Shown here: positions 1-9,748 of the stretch, piece after piece | How positions within the stretch are numbered: position 1 is the stretch's first letter | Layout of the letters: each line of letters opens with the position of its first letter | NCBI GenBank assembly: GCA_046329575.1 | Contig: JAXLUJ010000006.1 | Span: forward strand, 166,121 to 230,120 | Source of the DNA: Chitinophagales bacterium | GTDB taxonomy: Bacteria; Bacteroidota; Bacteroidia; Chitinophagales; LD1 | Direction: 5' to 3' | Length of the DNA: 64,000 nucleotides | Program-made: the position numbers and the translations under genes | Notes under the pieces: model-generated | Database searches by the model: none | What the model was told of the DNA's origin: nothing | The model's input: only the letters and a program-made list of their open reading frames with translations

Positions 1-3000
1 TGCTGTAGGTAGCATTCACTGCGCCTGAAATGGAACTATTGCCTTTTTTCCATTGGTAAGTAAGATTAGCGCCGGAAGCCACTACGTTGAAATTTACTAA
101 TGAACCCGTGCAAGTAGTTTGTGAAACCGGATTAGTAGTTATTGCTGTAGCCGGATTTACCAAAACTGTTGCAATTGCCGATGTTTTACTGCCACAAGTT
201 CCGGTAATCAGCACGGTATAATTGCCTGAAACTCCTGTTGAAGCGCCGCTTACACTATAGTTGTTTGCAGTAGCAGAAGTAATATCGATGTTATTGCGTT
301 TCCATTGATAGCTCAATCCGGTGCCGGAAGCAGTTACAGAAAGATTGAGATTTCCACCTTCGCAAATGGTTGCGGCAAGCGGTTGTTGCATAATAATTAT
401 GGTGTCGTTTACGGTTACTAATTTCGAAGCTGAAGCCGAACAATTGTTGCCATCGGTTCCGGTAACGCTGTAAGTGGTGCTTATTGAAGGAGAAACATTT
501 TTGGTATTGCCTGAGCCCAAACCGTTGCTCCAATTGAAAGTGAGCGCGCCACCGGCAAGAAGCGTAACCGCACTTCCCTGACAAGTGCTGGTTGCTGTGG
601 ATGGCAAAATCGTAATCACCGGAAGAGCATTCACACTCACCAAACGCGAAGCAGTGGCCGAGCAGTTGGCATCGCTCACCGTAACTGTATAGGTAGTATT
701 TCCCGATGGCGAAACCGTTACTGCCGCATTACTTCCCAAACTATTACTCCATGAATAAGAGGTTCCCCCACTAGCGGTGAGAGTAGTTGAAGTACCTGCG
801 CAAATGGCCACTGAAGATGGCGTGATAGTTGCCGGCGGAAGAGCATTAACGGTAACGATTCGTGAAGCGGTTGCCGTACAGTTATTGGCATCAGTGCCGG
901 TAACCGTGTAGGTGGCTGTATTTGCCGGACTGAATGTGGCAGCAGCATTATTCCCTCCTGAATTGCTCCAATTATAGGTTGAAGCGCCACTAGCCGTGAG
1001 CACTGCAGAACTGCCCGCGCAAATACTGGCCGAGGCCGGTGAAATGGTTACAATGGGTAATGCGTTCACCGTAACTAAACGACTGGCGGTAGCGGAACAA
1101 TTCGCATTTGATACCGTTACGGTATAAGTTGTAATTCCTGTTGGCGAGAAGGTAGCCGCTGCTGCGTTTCCGCCGCTATTGCTCCAACTATAAGTTCCAC
1201 CACCTGATGCAGTCAGCGTAGCCGATGCACCGCTACAAATCGTAACGGTTGCGGGAGTAATAGCAGCCGTTGGCAAAGCATTCACGGTAACAAGGCGCGA
1301 TGCAGTTGCTGAGCAGTTATTTCCATCAGTAACCGTTACCGTGTAGGTAGTGGCGATGGTTGGCGAAACAGAAACCGATGCATTGGTACCAAGCGAATTG
1401 CTCCAGTTAAAACTAGTTGCTCCGCTTGCCGTTAGCGTAGTAGAAGCACCGGCACAAACGGCTGCACTGGCCGGACTAATTGCCGCTACCGGATTGGCAT
1501 TTACATTCAGGCGGCCGATGTTAGAAACGATAGCGCCGCAACTGCCGCCGCCAACCGTAAGCGTATAATTTCCGGAATCAGAAACGGCTACAGCAGCAAT
1601 AGTTAGCGTTGCCGTGGTTGCTCCTGAAACCGCACCTCCGTTTGAAATGGTTACGCCATTTTTCTTCCACACATAAGAAGTTGGTGAGGCACCGGTTGTA
1701 GCAGCAGTAAAGCTTACAGCCGTTCCAACACATTTATTTTGAACTGCAAGAGGCTGTGTGGTAAAGGAAATATTGTTGGCCGACAAAGTGAGTTTTGCTG
1801 TTTTCGATTCTGAACCGTAACATCCATTCAATACAATACAACTATAGTTACCACTATCGCTCAGCGCCAGATTGTTCAGCGTAAGCGAAGCGCTATTTGC
1901 GCCAATAATATCTACTCCATTTTTCTTCCATTGATAAGATAATCCTGTTCCAACTGCAGCAACCGTAAACGTGGCACTATTGCCGCTGCAGGCCGTAACA
2001 TTAGCCGGCTGTTGTGTAATGGCAGGCGCTTCCATCATAGCGCTGATTTCTGTAGCATCTAAAGCGCGATTGTAAATACGAACATCATCAATGGCTCCCT
2101 GCAACACATTACCGCCGCCTTGATCGGCACCAATAATCAATGGATTGCTGTTATTGGTGATGTTTCCTGAAGCAGCGGTGGTGAGAATTAAAACCCCATT
2201 GATGTATTGCTTTACATTGGCGCCATCGTAAGTGCAGGCCAAATGATACCAGGTATTGCTGGAAAGCGAATTGGTAGGATGATAGGCATTACCAAGCATG
2301 ATAACGCGAGGACGGCTCAGGTAAATGTCCATCAAAAAGTTGTTGGAATTATTCTTATCGATCAGGCGCTGATTCGAAGAAATGCTGCTCGATTTCATCC
2401 AGCACGACATGGTAAATTGATTGGTAAAACTTGCGATTGGCACAGCAGAGTTAACACTGGTTTGATTGGGTACCTGAAGCGCAGCATTCGCTGTTCCGTT
2501 ATGATCAGTAGTGTACGCTGCACCTGCTGCCAGTAAGTGAAGTGCATTACCGCTAACATCGTTTACGGCTGCGCCATTTCCCATGGGATAGTGCACTACC
2601 AATCCACTTGCCAATACCACCGATGCCGTTCCGAAATTAATTTTCGCCACATTCGAAGTGGCAGCAGCGCCGTTGCAGTTGGTTACTACGCAAGTGTAGC
2701 TGCCGCTATCGGCATAACTTACATTATTGATTAATAGGGTATCGTTGGTTTGGCCGGCAAGCGCAACATTATTTTTCTTCCATTGGTAAGTACAAAAAGG
2801 AGATGTACCTATGGTAAAAGAAACAGATCCGCCTACACAAGCGGTTTGATCAACCGGCTGATTGGTTATTTGAACGGTTGTAGAAAAACGAAGATGCGCG
2901 GCACTGCTGGTATCGCTGCCACAGGAATTTGTAGCAATCACTTTGTAAAATCCGGTATCGGATGCAGTAACATTTACAAACGAAATGGAATTGGTATTCA

Positions 3001-4693
3001 CACCGCTTAGGTTACCGCTGTTCGCCAGCAGCACATTATTTTTATACCAGGCGTAGCTCACCGCATCGCCATCTACAACAGCGGAAAGGGTGTGCGAAAC
3101 ACCTAAACAAATGCTACTATCGGAAGGAGGAACTGCTACAATGGGTGCACAGCCAATCTTGGCAAGATAACCATCAGTACCTACACTGTTAGTGAATGTA
3201 TTTTTTGAAAGTGTAATCACATTACTAAACCGACCTTCTACGTTCGGACGGTCGTCGAACCCCGACATCCGAAGCGTATGCGTTCCGGTGTTCTTCACCT
3301 TTACATACTTTTCCCAGGTTGCATTTCCGCCGCCTGTATATTTCATTCTGAAAAACAAGGTTCCGTAGTTGGCATTGTTGATAGGATTTAAGGCGGCGCT
3401 TCCGGCAGCAAATGCAGGTGTAAAATTCATGCTTTCCGCACCGGCGCCATTTGTGGTAATGGCCAGCCAAACGCGTCCTGTGGAATCGTAGCAGATACTG
3501 CTTGCAGCGATCTGTGAGTTGTATCCTGAAGAAGCAATATCGTTTTGCCAAACATCTACGAAAGAAGTGTTCATAGCCCGAACATAAATGTGCGTAGGCT
3601 GTGTAGCGAACGATCCGCCTTCGTAGGTGTACGCAATTTCATCGGTTGACTTATTGATGGCCATATCGGTAAGCGTAGTTGGAATGGTGGCCGATAACTG
3701 AAGATTTCCTGTAGAGGCCACATTGCCCAAACTGCCATTTACACGGAAGATACGACCGTAGCGGTTTGAATTTCCTGAAGAAACAGCAAGCGGACCGCCT
3801 CCTGAAAAGGTGAAGGCGCTGGCATTTATAAAATCACATGCAATCAACAAATTGCCGGAGTTATCGGCGGCCAAGGCCTTGATAAATTCCTGTCCGGTAG
3901 TGCCTACGGCACTCATACCAATCCGCTGCGAGGCTACATAATAGCCATTGTCAATATTCACAATTCCATAAAACGCTTCGCGAAAACCGGTGTTGTCGCA
4001 ATTGCCCAAACCGGTAACTACCGCAGGCGAACTTCCCGGACTATAGTGAGAACTGTTATAGGAAGTGTTGGTGGTTGTAGTAGAGAATGCAAAGAACAAT
4101 TTGTTGCGATAACGATTGATGGCCAACTTCATCATATCTACATTTCCCTTTTCGCATTTAAAGCGATTGGTCCATTTTGCAACACCGGAACTATTCAGTT
4201 TGGTGATGTAACCATATTTTTCGTTTACAGGTGTTACACCGGCCAGAAAATAAGTAGTGTCGTTGCCATTGGCAAAGTAGGCACTGCCGTAAGCCACAGG
4301 CGAATAACCACCATAATAAACGTTGGTGTTGCTATCCACAACTATTGAAGATGCTTCAAGCACACAAGTGCCGTTATCAGTGGGCGTGTGCAGCCAGATG
4401 AGATTGCCCGAGGGATTGAATTTGGCCACGAACGGCAGGAAACTGGACGGTGAAACTGTCGAAATACTTTGCGCACCAATAGTGAGTGTGCCGCTGTAAC
4501 GGCCCAGTACATATACGTCGCCATAACGGTCGTGAGTCACATCGGTAGTGTAAGCGTAGCCGCCATTCGAAATTTGTTTAGCCCACTCCCACCCCAATTG
4601 GGCTGTTAGCCGATTGGAACTGAATAAAAAAACGCAACACAGCGCAAAAAAGAACGTCCGCTTTCTTCCTTTTTTGTAAGTATCTAAGTCCAT
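1..4693 (-). CDS. Giant secreted multi-domain surface protein (adhesin-like, probable T9SS cargo); the C-terminus runs off the window edge, so it is missing from the supplied ORF track
   Basis: My own minus-strand translation from the ATG at 4693 (MDLDTYKKGRKRTFFFALCCVFLFSSNRLTAQ, signal-like) stays in frame to position 1; I checked the frame at 4693, 2611 and 4. It contains a LamG/concanavalin-like segment (WYHLACTYDGANVKQYINGV...GAIDDVRIYNRALDATEI, approx 2040-2610) and Ig-like modules with YQWKKNG motifs. About 5 tandem ~76-aa modules (RLVTVNALP..I.P....IC.G.S..LTASG..Y.WSN) lie at approx 400-1500. Confidence 0.85.
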   Translation of the reverse strand, partial: MDLDTYKKGRKRTFFFALCCVFLFSSNRLTAQLGWEWAKQISNGGYAYTTDVTHDRYGDVYVLGRYSGTLTIGAQSISTVSPSSFLPFVAKFNPSGNLIWLHTPTDNGTCVLEASSIVVDSNTNVYYGGYSPVAYGSAYFANGNDTTYFLAGVTPVNEKYGYITKLNSSGVAKWTNRFKCEKGNVDMMKLAINRYRNKLFFAFSTTTTNTSYNSSHYSPGSSPAVVTGLGNCDNTGFREAFYGIVNIDNGYYVASQRIGMSAVGTTGQEFIKALAADNSGNLLIACDFINASAFTFSGGGPLAVSSGNSNRYGRIFRVNGSLGNVASTGNLQLSATIPTTLTDMAINKSTDEIAYTYEGGSFATQPTHIYVRAMNTSFVDVWQNDIASSGYNSQIAASSICYDSTGRVWLAITTNGAGAESMNFTPAFAAGSAALNPINNANYGTLFFRMKYTGGGNATWEKYVKVKNTGTHTLRMSGFDDRPNVEGRFSNVITLSKNTFTNSVGTDGYLAKIGCAPIVAVPPSDSSICLGVSHTLSAVVDGDAVSYAWYKNNVLLANSGNLSGVNTNSISFVNVTASDTGFYKVIATNSCGSDTSSAAHLRFSTTVQITNQPVDQTACVGGSVSFTIGTSPFCTYQWKKNNVALAGQTNDTLLINNVSYADSGSYTCVVTNCNGAAATSNVAKINFGTASVVLASGLVVHYPMGNGAAVNDVSGNALHLLAAGAAYTTDHNGTANAALQVPNQTSVNSAVPIASFTNQFTMSCWMKSSSISSNQRLIDKNNSNNFLMDIYLSRPRVIMLGNAYHPTNSLSSNTWYHLACTYDGANVKQYINGVLILTTAASGNITNNSNPLIIGADQGGGNVLQGAIDDVRIYNRALDATEISAMMEAPAITQQPANVTACSGNSATFTVAAVGTGLSYQWKKNGVDIIGANSASLTLNNLALSDSGNYSCIVLNGCYGSESKTAKLTLSANNISFTTQPLAVQNKCVGTAVSFTAATTGASPTSYVWKKNGVTISNGGAVSGATTATLTIAAVAVSDSGNYTLTVGGGSCGAIVSNIGRLNVNANPVAAISPASAAVCAGASTTLTASGATSFNWSNSLGTNASVSVSPTIATTYTVTVTDGNNCSATASRLVTVNALPTAAITPATVTICSGASATLTASGGGTYSWSNSGGNAAAATFSPTGITTYTVTVSNANCSATASRLVTVNALPIVTISPASASICAGSSAVLTASGASTYNWSNSGGNNAAATFSPANTATYTVTGTDANNCTATASRIVTVNALPPATITPSSVAICAGTSTTLTASGGTSYSWSNSLGSNAAVTVSPSGNTTYTVTVSDANCSATASRLVSVNALPVITILPSTATSTCQGSAVTLLAGGALTFNWSNGLGSGNTKNVSPSISTTYSVTGTDGNNCSASASKLVTVNDTIIIMQQPLAATICEGGNLNLSVTASGTGLSYQWKRNNIDITSATANNYSVSGASTGVSGNYTVLITGTCGSKTSAIATVLVNPATAITTNPVSQTTCTGSLVNFNVVASGANLTYQWKKGNSSISGAVNATYS

Positions 4694-4759
4694 TTTGATT
4701 TTTGTTTGATGCAAAAGTCTGGCCCTGTAACTTTTTAATTTCAGTCACTTCACGAACGG

Positions 4760-4848
4760 TAGGTTTCAGTTCACAAGCAGCAGGCCCTTTTCAGAAATCC
4801 GACTTCGGTGCTGCATTCCGACCGCTCAGAATGGTCAGGTGTTTCAAA
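4760..4848. repeat. Probable degenerate copy (reverse orientation) of the GC-rich interspersed element family
   Basis: The reverse complement contains GCAGCACCGAAGTCGGA...AAAGGGCCTGCTGC. This resembles GGAGCACCGAAGCGATAGCGGA...AAAGCGCGGGTGCCGC in the 44139-44242 copy. Confidence 0.4.
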
Positions 4849-4850
4849 CT

Positions 4851-5003
4851 CGCAGCTCATAGCTCAAAGCTCACAGCTCAAAGCTTTCCTCTTGCATCTT
4901 GCATCTTGCATCTTGCGTCTTGTGCCTTGCATCTTGCGTCTTGCGTCTCGCGTCTCGCATCTTGCATCTTGCGTCTTCCTCTCCCCTCTCTTCCTCCTCT
5001 CTT
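4851..5003. repeat. Heptamer-block array, left arm: AGCTCAN block, CTTGCRT block (about 12 units), CT-rich block
   Basis: 7-nt periodicity read directly from the sequence. It is a module-level reverse complement of 5941-6071. Confidence 0.85.
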
Positions 5004-5031
5004 TTTATAAATTAGCCGGCAATCTGAAATC

Positions 5032-5940
5032 ATGATCAAAAAGTGGCATATCAAGGCTGTTGTGCAGAAAACTATTTCCTGGCTGCCTTACAAGCATTCC
5101 ATAAATTATTTATTTCAGCGGTATGTTACACGCGGCGTCTTACTTACTGATGCCCTTTTTACTGACAAGTTGGAACATCTTCGATTTCATATTGAAAAGC
5201 AGCGTAAATACAGCCACGTGCCTTGTGATGTGTTGGAAATTGGAACCGGCTGGTATCCGGTAATTCCGTTGGGAATGCTGCTGGCCGGGAATAGAAGCGT
5301 ATCCACATTCGATATTGTTCAACTGGTTACTTCACAACAAGTCCGCGATACCTTGCGCTGTTATGTGAGGTGGCATGAAGCGGGCAAGCTGGAATCATAT
5401 ATTCCCAATTACGATCATGCGCTGATTGAAAAGTTTCGCGATGTACTTAAAGAAGAACATCGCGACCCGTTGTTGGAATTCGGCATTCAGTATGTATCGG
5501 GAAATTTTCCGGATGCTTTCAAAAAGCCGGAAGCATTTGATCACATCTGTTCCAACAACACTTTCGAACATATTTATGAAAATGCGCTTCGCGAAACGCT
5601 TTCCATCTTTCGAAAAATTCTTAAACCAAATGGTGTGATGAGCCATCATATTGATATGTCTGATCACTTTGCGCATCTCGATAAAACCATCACCCCATTT
5701 AATTTTCTTCAGTTCAATGATGCCGATTGGCAATGGATTGACAATACCGTTCAACCACAAAACCGACTGCGTTGTTCCGATTTCGAAAAAATGATACGAG
5801 AGGCCGGCTTTGAGATTTTGGAAGAACATCAACTGAGTGGTTCGCTTCATGATTTAGCAAAGATCAGCTTAGCTCAAAAATACAGCCACTACCGGCCGGA
5901 AGATCTTGCGGTGACTCATGTGTATTTTACGTGCAGATAA
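5032..5940 (+). CDS. Class I SAM-dependent methyltransferase
   Basis: 302-aa ORF with motif I VLEIGTGWYP, followed by ICSNNTFEHI and LKPNGVMSHHID (Methyltransf_11/23-like pattern). Confidence 0.8.
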   Translation: MIKKWHIKAVVQKTISWLPYKHSINYLFQRYVTRGVLLTDALFTDKLEHLRFHIEKQRKYSHVPCDVLEIGTGWYPVIPLGMLLAGNRSVSTFDIVQLVTSQQVRDTLRCYVRWHEAGKLESYIPNYDHALIEKFRDVLKEEHRDPLLEFGIQYVSGNFPDAFKKPEAFDHICSNNTFEHIYENALRETLSIFRKILKPNGVMSHHIDMSDHFAHLDKTITPFNFLQFNDADWQWIDNTVQPQNRLRCSDFEKMIREAGFEILEEHQLSGSLHDLAKISLAQKYSHYRPEDLAVTHVYFTCR

Positions 5941-6071
5941 AGGGGAATTTTAGGAGAAGAAGGCGCAAGACACAAGAGGCAAGACACAAGATGCAAGACA
6001 CAAGACACAAGACACAAGAAGCAAGAGTAAAGCTGTGAGTTTTGAGCTATGAGCTATGAGCTACGAGCTGC
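5941..6071. repeat. Heptamer-block array, right arm: AG-rich block, GCAAGAY block (about 9 units), TGAGCTN block
   Basis: It starts on the base after the methyltransferase stop codon. It carries the same three modules as 4851-5003 in inverted order. Confidence 0.85.
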
Positions 6072-6184
6072 TAGTAGGGAAATTCAAACCACTTGCCGGG
6101 AATAACTGACAAACTGGACGTGAAAGACATACAGCGGATTATTGAATCGAACACAACTTCTTATCTTAACATCAAATCTGCATC

Positions 6185-6910
6185 ATGAAAGAAAAACTAC
6201 TATTCATCGCCCTGCTGCTGAGCACCATTCTAAATGCGCAAACTCTTAATGATATAGACGGCGATGGAACGGTGAATTCAGCTGATAATTGTATGTTCTT
6301 TCCTAATCCCGGACAAACTGATTCCGATAATGATGGTGTTGGCGATGCCTGCGATCCTTCGCCAATGGTGGCCAATCCGGTGTGCGATCGGCCCGGTAAT
6401 TCATTCACCTATGTGCAGCCCGACTCTGTAATTTCGGTGGGAACGAAAGTCACCTTTCAGGTTATTACACAACGTCCGGATTCCATAATATGGTATAAGA
6501 ACAATGTTGCTGTAGGAACCAATAGCACTTCTTACGTCGATAGCACGCTAAGCAATTCCGATCGTATTTGGTGCAGTATTGTAATCAACGATGCGTGCCA
6601 TGCGAACCGCATAGAAGTAAAAGGCAACGAGATACAAATGACAGTACATCCATTACACACCGGTGTGGAGGAAGTGCAACCGTCTGTTTCAGTAACCTTG
6701 ATTCCAAATCCTGCTCATGGCCAAATGCAATTGTTTTGCAATCAAAAAATCACCAAGGTTTCGATCATAAATAATATTGGCGCCAAAGTTTCGGAATGGG
6801 AACAACCTGCCTTCTCCCATTTCGATATCAGCAATTTACAGAATGGCATTTATTCTGTTTTGGCAGAACATTTCAATGGAAGAACAGCCGTTCGACTGGT
6901 TGTGGAATAA
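6185..6910 (+). CDS. Secreted protein with thrombospondin type-3-like Ca-binding repeats and a T9SS C-terminal sorting domain
   Basis: Signal peptide [19 protein letters not shown]; [31 protein letters not shown]; C-terminus [13 protein letters not shown]...[22 protein letters not shown]. Confidence 0.8.
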   Translation: MKEKLLFIALLLSTILNAQTLNDIDGDGTVNSADNCMFFPNPGQTDSDNDGVGDACDPSPMVANPVCDRPGNSFTYVQPDSVISVGTKVTFQVITQRPDSIIWYKNNVAVGTNSTSYVDSTLSNSDRIWCSIVINDACHANRIEVKGNEIQMTVHPLHTGVEEVQPSVSVTLIPNPAHGQMQLFCNQKITKVSIINNIGAKVSEWEQPAFSHFDISNLQNGIYSVLAEHFNGRTAVRLVVE

Positions 6911-6984
6911 CTGATTCAACTTTTCTTCCATCTGGTTTTTACATACACTAAGACGGCTGCTGTTTTCGTTCTATCAAAAACGAT

Positions 6985-7350
6985 ATGAGAAAATTTTTGC
7001 CAATTATTTTTATCACCGTTGTTGGTACAGCTTCCGCTCAAAGCGATTTTAGAAAAATGGGTGGAACGATGTCGAAGGGCGAAGTCTTAAATTTATGGGG
7101 TGTAGAAGCCAAACTTCCCGATTTTGAATACGATGCCAAGTTCACGGTAACTCATTTCGATTTTGTATTACTGAAAAAATCAGGCGAGTTACTTTCAGCC
7201 GATAATTCCGGTGCATTCTTTTCCGACAAAATAAAAAAGTGGCTACGCCAAACCCAGCCGGGCGATATATTGTTTTTTGAGAACATCAAAGCCGTTGGCC
7301 CCGATCGTTTGGAGCGGCATTTGGGTAGAATTGTAGAGAAGGTGTATTGA
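6985..7350 (+). CDS. Small secreted protein; function unknown (a tentative GldM C-terminal-like pattern)
   Basis: Signal peptide MRKFLPIIFITVVGTASAQ. The pattern F.F.L..K.G....ADNSG.F......I......PGDILFFENIKAVGPD is recognised from memory only. Confidence 0.6.
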   Translation: MRKFLPIIFITVVGTASAQSDFRKMGGTMSKGEVLNLWGVEAKLPDFEYDAKFTVTHFDFVLLKKSGELLSADNSGAFFSDKIKKWLRQTQPGDILFFENIKAVGPDRLERHLGRIVEKVY

Positions 7351-7489
7351 GGTATGCAAAAAGTCTGGCTTTGAACAAAAGACCTCTAAACGATTCCGTT
7401 TACAGTTTAACTTTCCGAACTTTTCTGCTACTGTGAGATTTGCGAAGCCATCTCATGAGAGCGGGTAATGATTGGGCAATTTCCTATTG

Positions 7490-9043
7490 TTATTCTTTTA
7501 TAAACGTCCTTGCGATTACGCCGCTACTTCCTTTTAAGGTCAGCACATATGTTCCTTTAGAAAGCGTACTCGTATTCAAAATATACTGAACACCGGTAGT
7601 GATGTGCGATTGCTCCAGCACTTCACGGCCATCTATAGTGGAAACAGCTACATCGTATGCTTTATCCTGCGAATTTCCTGTTACATAAAAATAGAGCACA
7701 TTCGAAGTAGGATTTGGCGACAGGCGAATCTCCGCCAATTCTTTAGTGGATTCCGTAACACCCAAATCGTTTTGGCAACCTGGCACCAGACAACCAAAGC
7801 TATCTAGTTTAATAATCCAGCCGCGTTGGTAAATAGAGTCGTTGGTGTTTTTAGTGTCGCCACAAGCAATTAAACTGCCATCCGGTTGCTCCACTATGTC
7901 GTACAAACTACTGATTTGCGCGTTGCTTAGAGCGCGGTAAGAGCGTTCCCATATAATTTTTGCACTATCGGATTCATCCGAAAACTTAACCAGATAACCT
8001 GCAACATAAACAGACGTATCTTCCGGATTAAGGATGTTTCGCCCAACTGCCACATAATTACCATCATGAACTTTCTTAATACTGAACATGGTGGTAACTG
8101 TTTCAAAGGTAAATTGGGGTATAGGTCTGGTTAACTTCTTATGCCATCGCAGAACCCCGGTGCTTCCTACTTTGCCGATCAATGGTTGATAAGCCAAAAG
8201 GTCCACGGTATTAGAATGATCGAACCAGCTGCTACAAAATACCATAGATTGATCGGACGTATCAATCACAGCCGAGGCAATACCCTGAATACTGTCGGGT
8301 AAAATGAACCTTCGTATTTCGTTGCCCGATGAATCAATATAAAAAACGACGGGATGAAATATAGGAGATACGCTAGCAAGCGGCGTATAACCTGCAACCA
8401 AATGCTCACCGTACCTGGATGGCTTAATGATCTGTGGTACAAAGTCGGCATCAGCAGGTTGAGGATACCAGCGAGTCCAAAGAATAGCACCCGAACTGTC
8501 AAAACAATAAATCCGGATCCTGACCTTTTGATCGGTTAAACTCCGTTGTAAGCCATTGAGAACAAGAGTGGTGTTAAAATCCGTCGGACTAAAATCATAG
8601 AAATAATTGGCTTTATAATTTGAGTCGAAAACGTTTACAGCAAAAACAATGTTTCCGGTAGTGTCAAAAAGGTCTAAAAAATTATAAAATGATCCATCAG
8701 CATATCTTATTGCTGAGCCTCCAATTATCAATTGATTCTTTGAATTAATCCGGGGAGTGTTCTCCACCACAAAATACGTTGCCGCTGTGTCTTGAGTTCC
8801 ACTATTCCACAAAAAGGAAATAGAGCCATTATCATTTAATCTTCCCAATACTACATTTGACTTGGGCTCTGTACCGGAGCTATCGAAATAGTTAAGACTC
8901 ACAAAAGACTTATCAGCTATATTTTTTACACCCGAAACTATGGTGTTTCCATGCACAAACTGATTGGTGACATTATACCCTTGAGCATTTGCATCACTCA
9001 TCCTAATGAATAAGATTATTAATATCAATTTGGCTGTGTTCAT
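7490..9043 (-). CDS. Secreted protein with T9SS C-terminal sorting domain
   Basis: 517 aa with an N-terminal signal peptide. C-terminus LSPNPTSNVLYFYV...KGTYVLTLKGSSGVIARTFIKE. Confidence 0.8.
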   Translation of the reverse strand: MNTAKLILIILFIRMSDANAQGYNVTNQFVHGNTIVSGVKNIADKSFVSLNYFDSSGTEPKSNVVLGRLNDNGSISFLWNSGTQDTAATYFVVENTPRINSKNQLIIGGSAIRYADGSFYNFLDLFDTTGNIVFAVNVFDSNYKANYFYDFSPTDFNTTLVLNGLQRSLTDQKVRIRIYCFDSSGAILWTRWYPQPADADFVPQIIKPSRYGEHLVAGYTPLASVSPIFHPVVFYIDSSGNEIRRFILPDSIQGIASAVIDTSDQSMVFCSSWFDHSNTVDLLAYQPLIGKVGSTGVLRWHKKLTRPIPQFTFETVTTMFSIKKVHDGNYVAVGRNILNPEDTSVYVAGYLVKFSDESDSAKIIWERSYRALSNAQISSLYDIVEQPDGSLIACGDTKNTNDSIYQRGWIIKLDSFGCLVPGCQNDLGVTESTKELAEIRLSPNPTSNVLYFYVTGNSQDKAYDVAVSTIDGREVLEQSHITTGVQYILNTSTLSKGTYVLTLKGSSGVIARTFIKE

Positions 9044-9052
9044 AACTCGAAC

Positions 9053-9397
9053 CTATTTAGCGACGACAAATTGCCTTACAGTAGAAAATCCATTGTCACT
9101 TTGAAATCTAATAAGGTAGCTGCCATTGCTCATGTTTGCAAGTTTCAAGTTTTCTATTCCAAAACCTCGGTTTATTTCCCCTTTTTGAATAAGCCGCCCT
9201 GCTAAGTCGGTAATCTGAAAATAGTTATGGGCAGATTTTGGCATAAAAAATTGTATGGTAATTTGAGTTGTTGCCGGAATCGGATAAATTTTGAAAATAT
9301 TATGTGTAAATTTCTTTTTAACGTACGAAAACTCCTTCTCTTTATTAAACGTCCCTTCTTCTGGGAATGTAGAACTCCCGCGATATTTTCCAAGCAA
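9053..9397 (-). pseudogene. Stand-alone T9SS C-terminal domain, probable remnant of a larger cargo gene
   Basis: The ORF encodes only a CTD (IYPIPATTQITIQF...GSYLIRFQSDNGFSTVRQFVVAK). It has no signal peptide and no upstream passenger domain. Confidence 0.4.
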
Positions 9398-9430
9398 TCT
9401 TGCAAGAGCTGAACCTCACGACATTCCTGA

Positions 9431-9462
9431 AAATAAAAAAAGGCTGCCTTTTCAGACAACCT
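9431..9462 (-). terminator. Rho-independent terminator after tRNA-Pro
   Basis: The minus strand reads AGGUUGUCU-GAAA-AGGCAGCCU, a 9-bp stem with 2 G-U pairs, followed by a U-run. Confidence 0.7.
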
Positions 9463-9469
9463 TTCTAAG

Positions 9470-9544
9470 TCGGGGTACCAGGATTCGAACCTGGGACCCC
9501 CTGCTCCCAAAGCAGGTGCGCTAACCGGGCTGCGCTACACCCCG
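9470..9544 (-). tRNA. tRNA-Pro (anticodon TGG)
   Basis: Manual cloverleaf: CGGGGTG acceptor, anticodon loop TTTGGGA, T-loop TTCGAAT, discriminator A. Confidence 0.9.
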
Positions 9545-9552
9545 AACTTACG

Positions 9553-9641
9553 CGGTGAGAGAGGGATTCGAACCCTCGGTACAGTTTAACCCGTACGTCA
9601 GTTTAGCAAACTGGTGGTTTCAGCCTCTCACCCATCTCACC
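9553..9641 (-). tRNA. tRNA-Ser (anticodon GCT), class II with long variable arm
   Basis: GGTGAGA acceptor, anticodon loop TTGCTAA, long variable arm, T-loop TTCGAAT, discriminator G. Confidence 0.85.
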
Positions 9642-9748
9642 GGGGCGGCAAATATAAAAACCTTTTTTTTTAACCCAACATTCACCTCCATTTTTTCCTT
9701 CCTCCTGCAATATTTCCCAATCCCGGTCGTTTTCTGCCAAATTGTTTT

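Noticed and set aside
4708-4724. A shared motif ATGCAAAAGTCTGGC at 4708-4724 and, with one extra A, at 7353-7369, in both cases next to secreted-protein genes.
   Set aside because: There are only two copies. One lies upstream of a gene and the other in a convergent 3' region, so no consistent role can be argued from this window.
4702-5035. Track ORFs inside heptamer arrays (4702-5010, 4808-5035, 31704-31967, 34626-34823, 34665-35012, 34843-35049, 63464-63925), giving peptides such as LASCILHLASCALHLASC or TYHTYHTYHTHH.
   Set aside because: Their 7-aa periodic peptides are the direct consequence of translating 7-nt DNA repeats. They are open in several frames and strands, and they have no start context or domain content.
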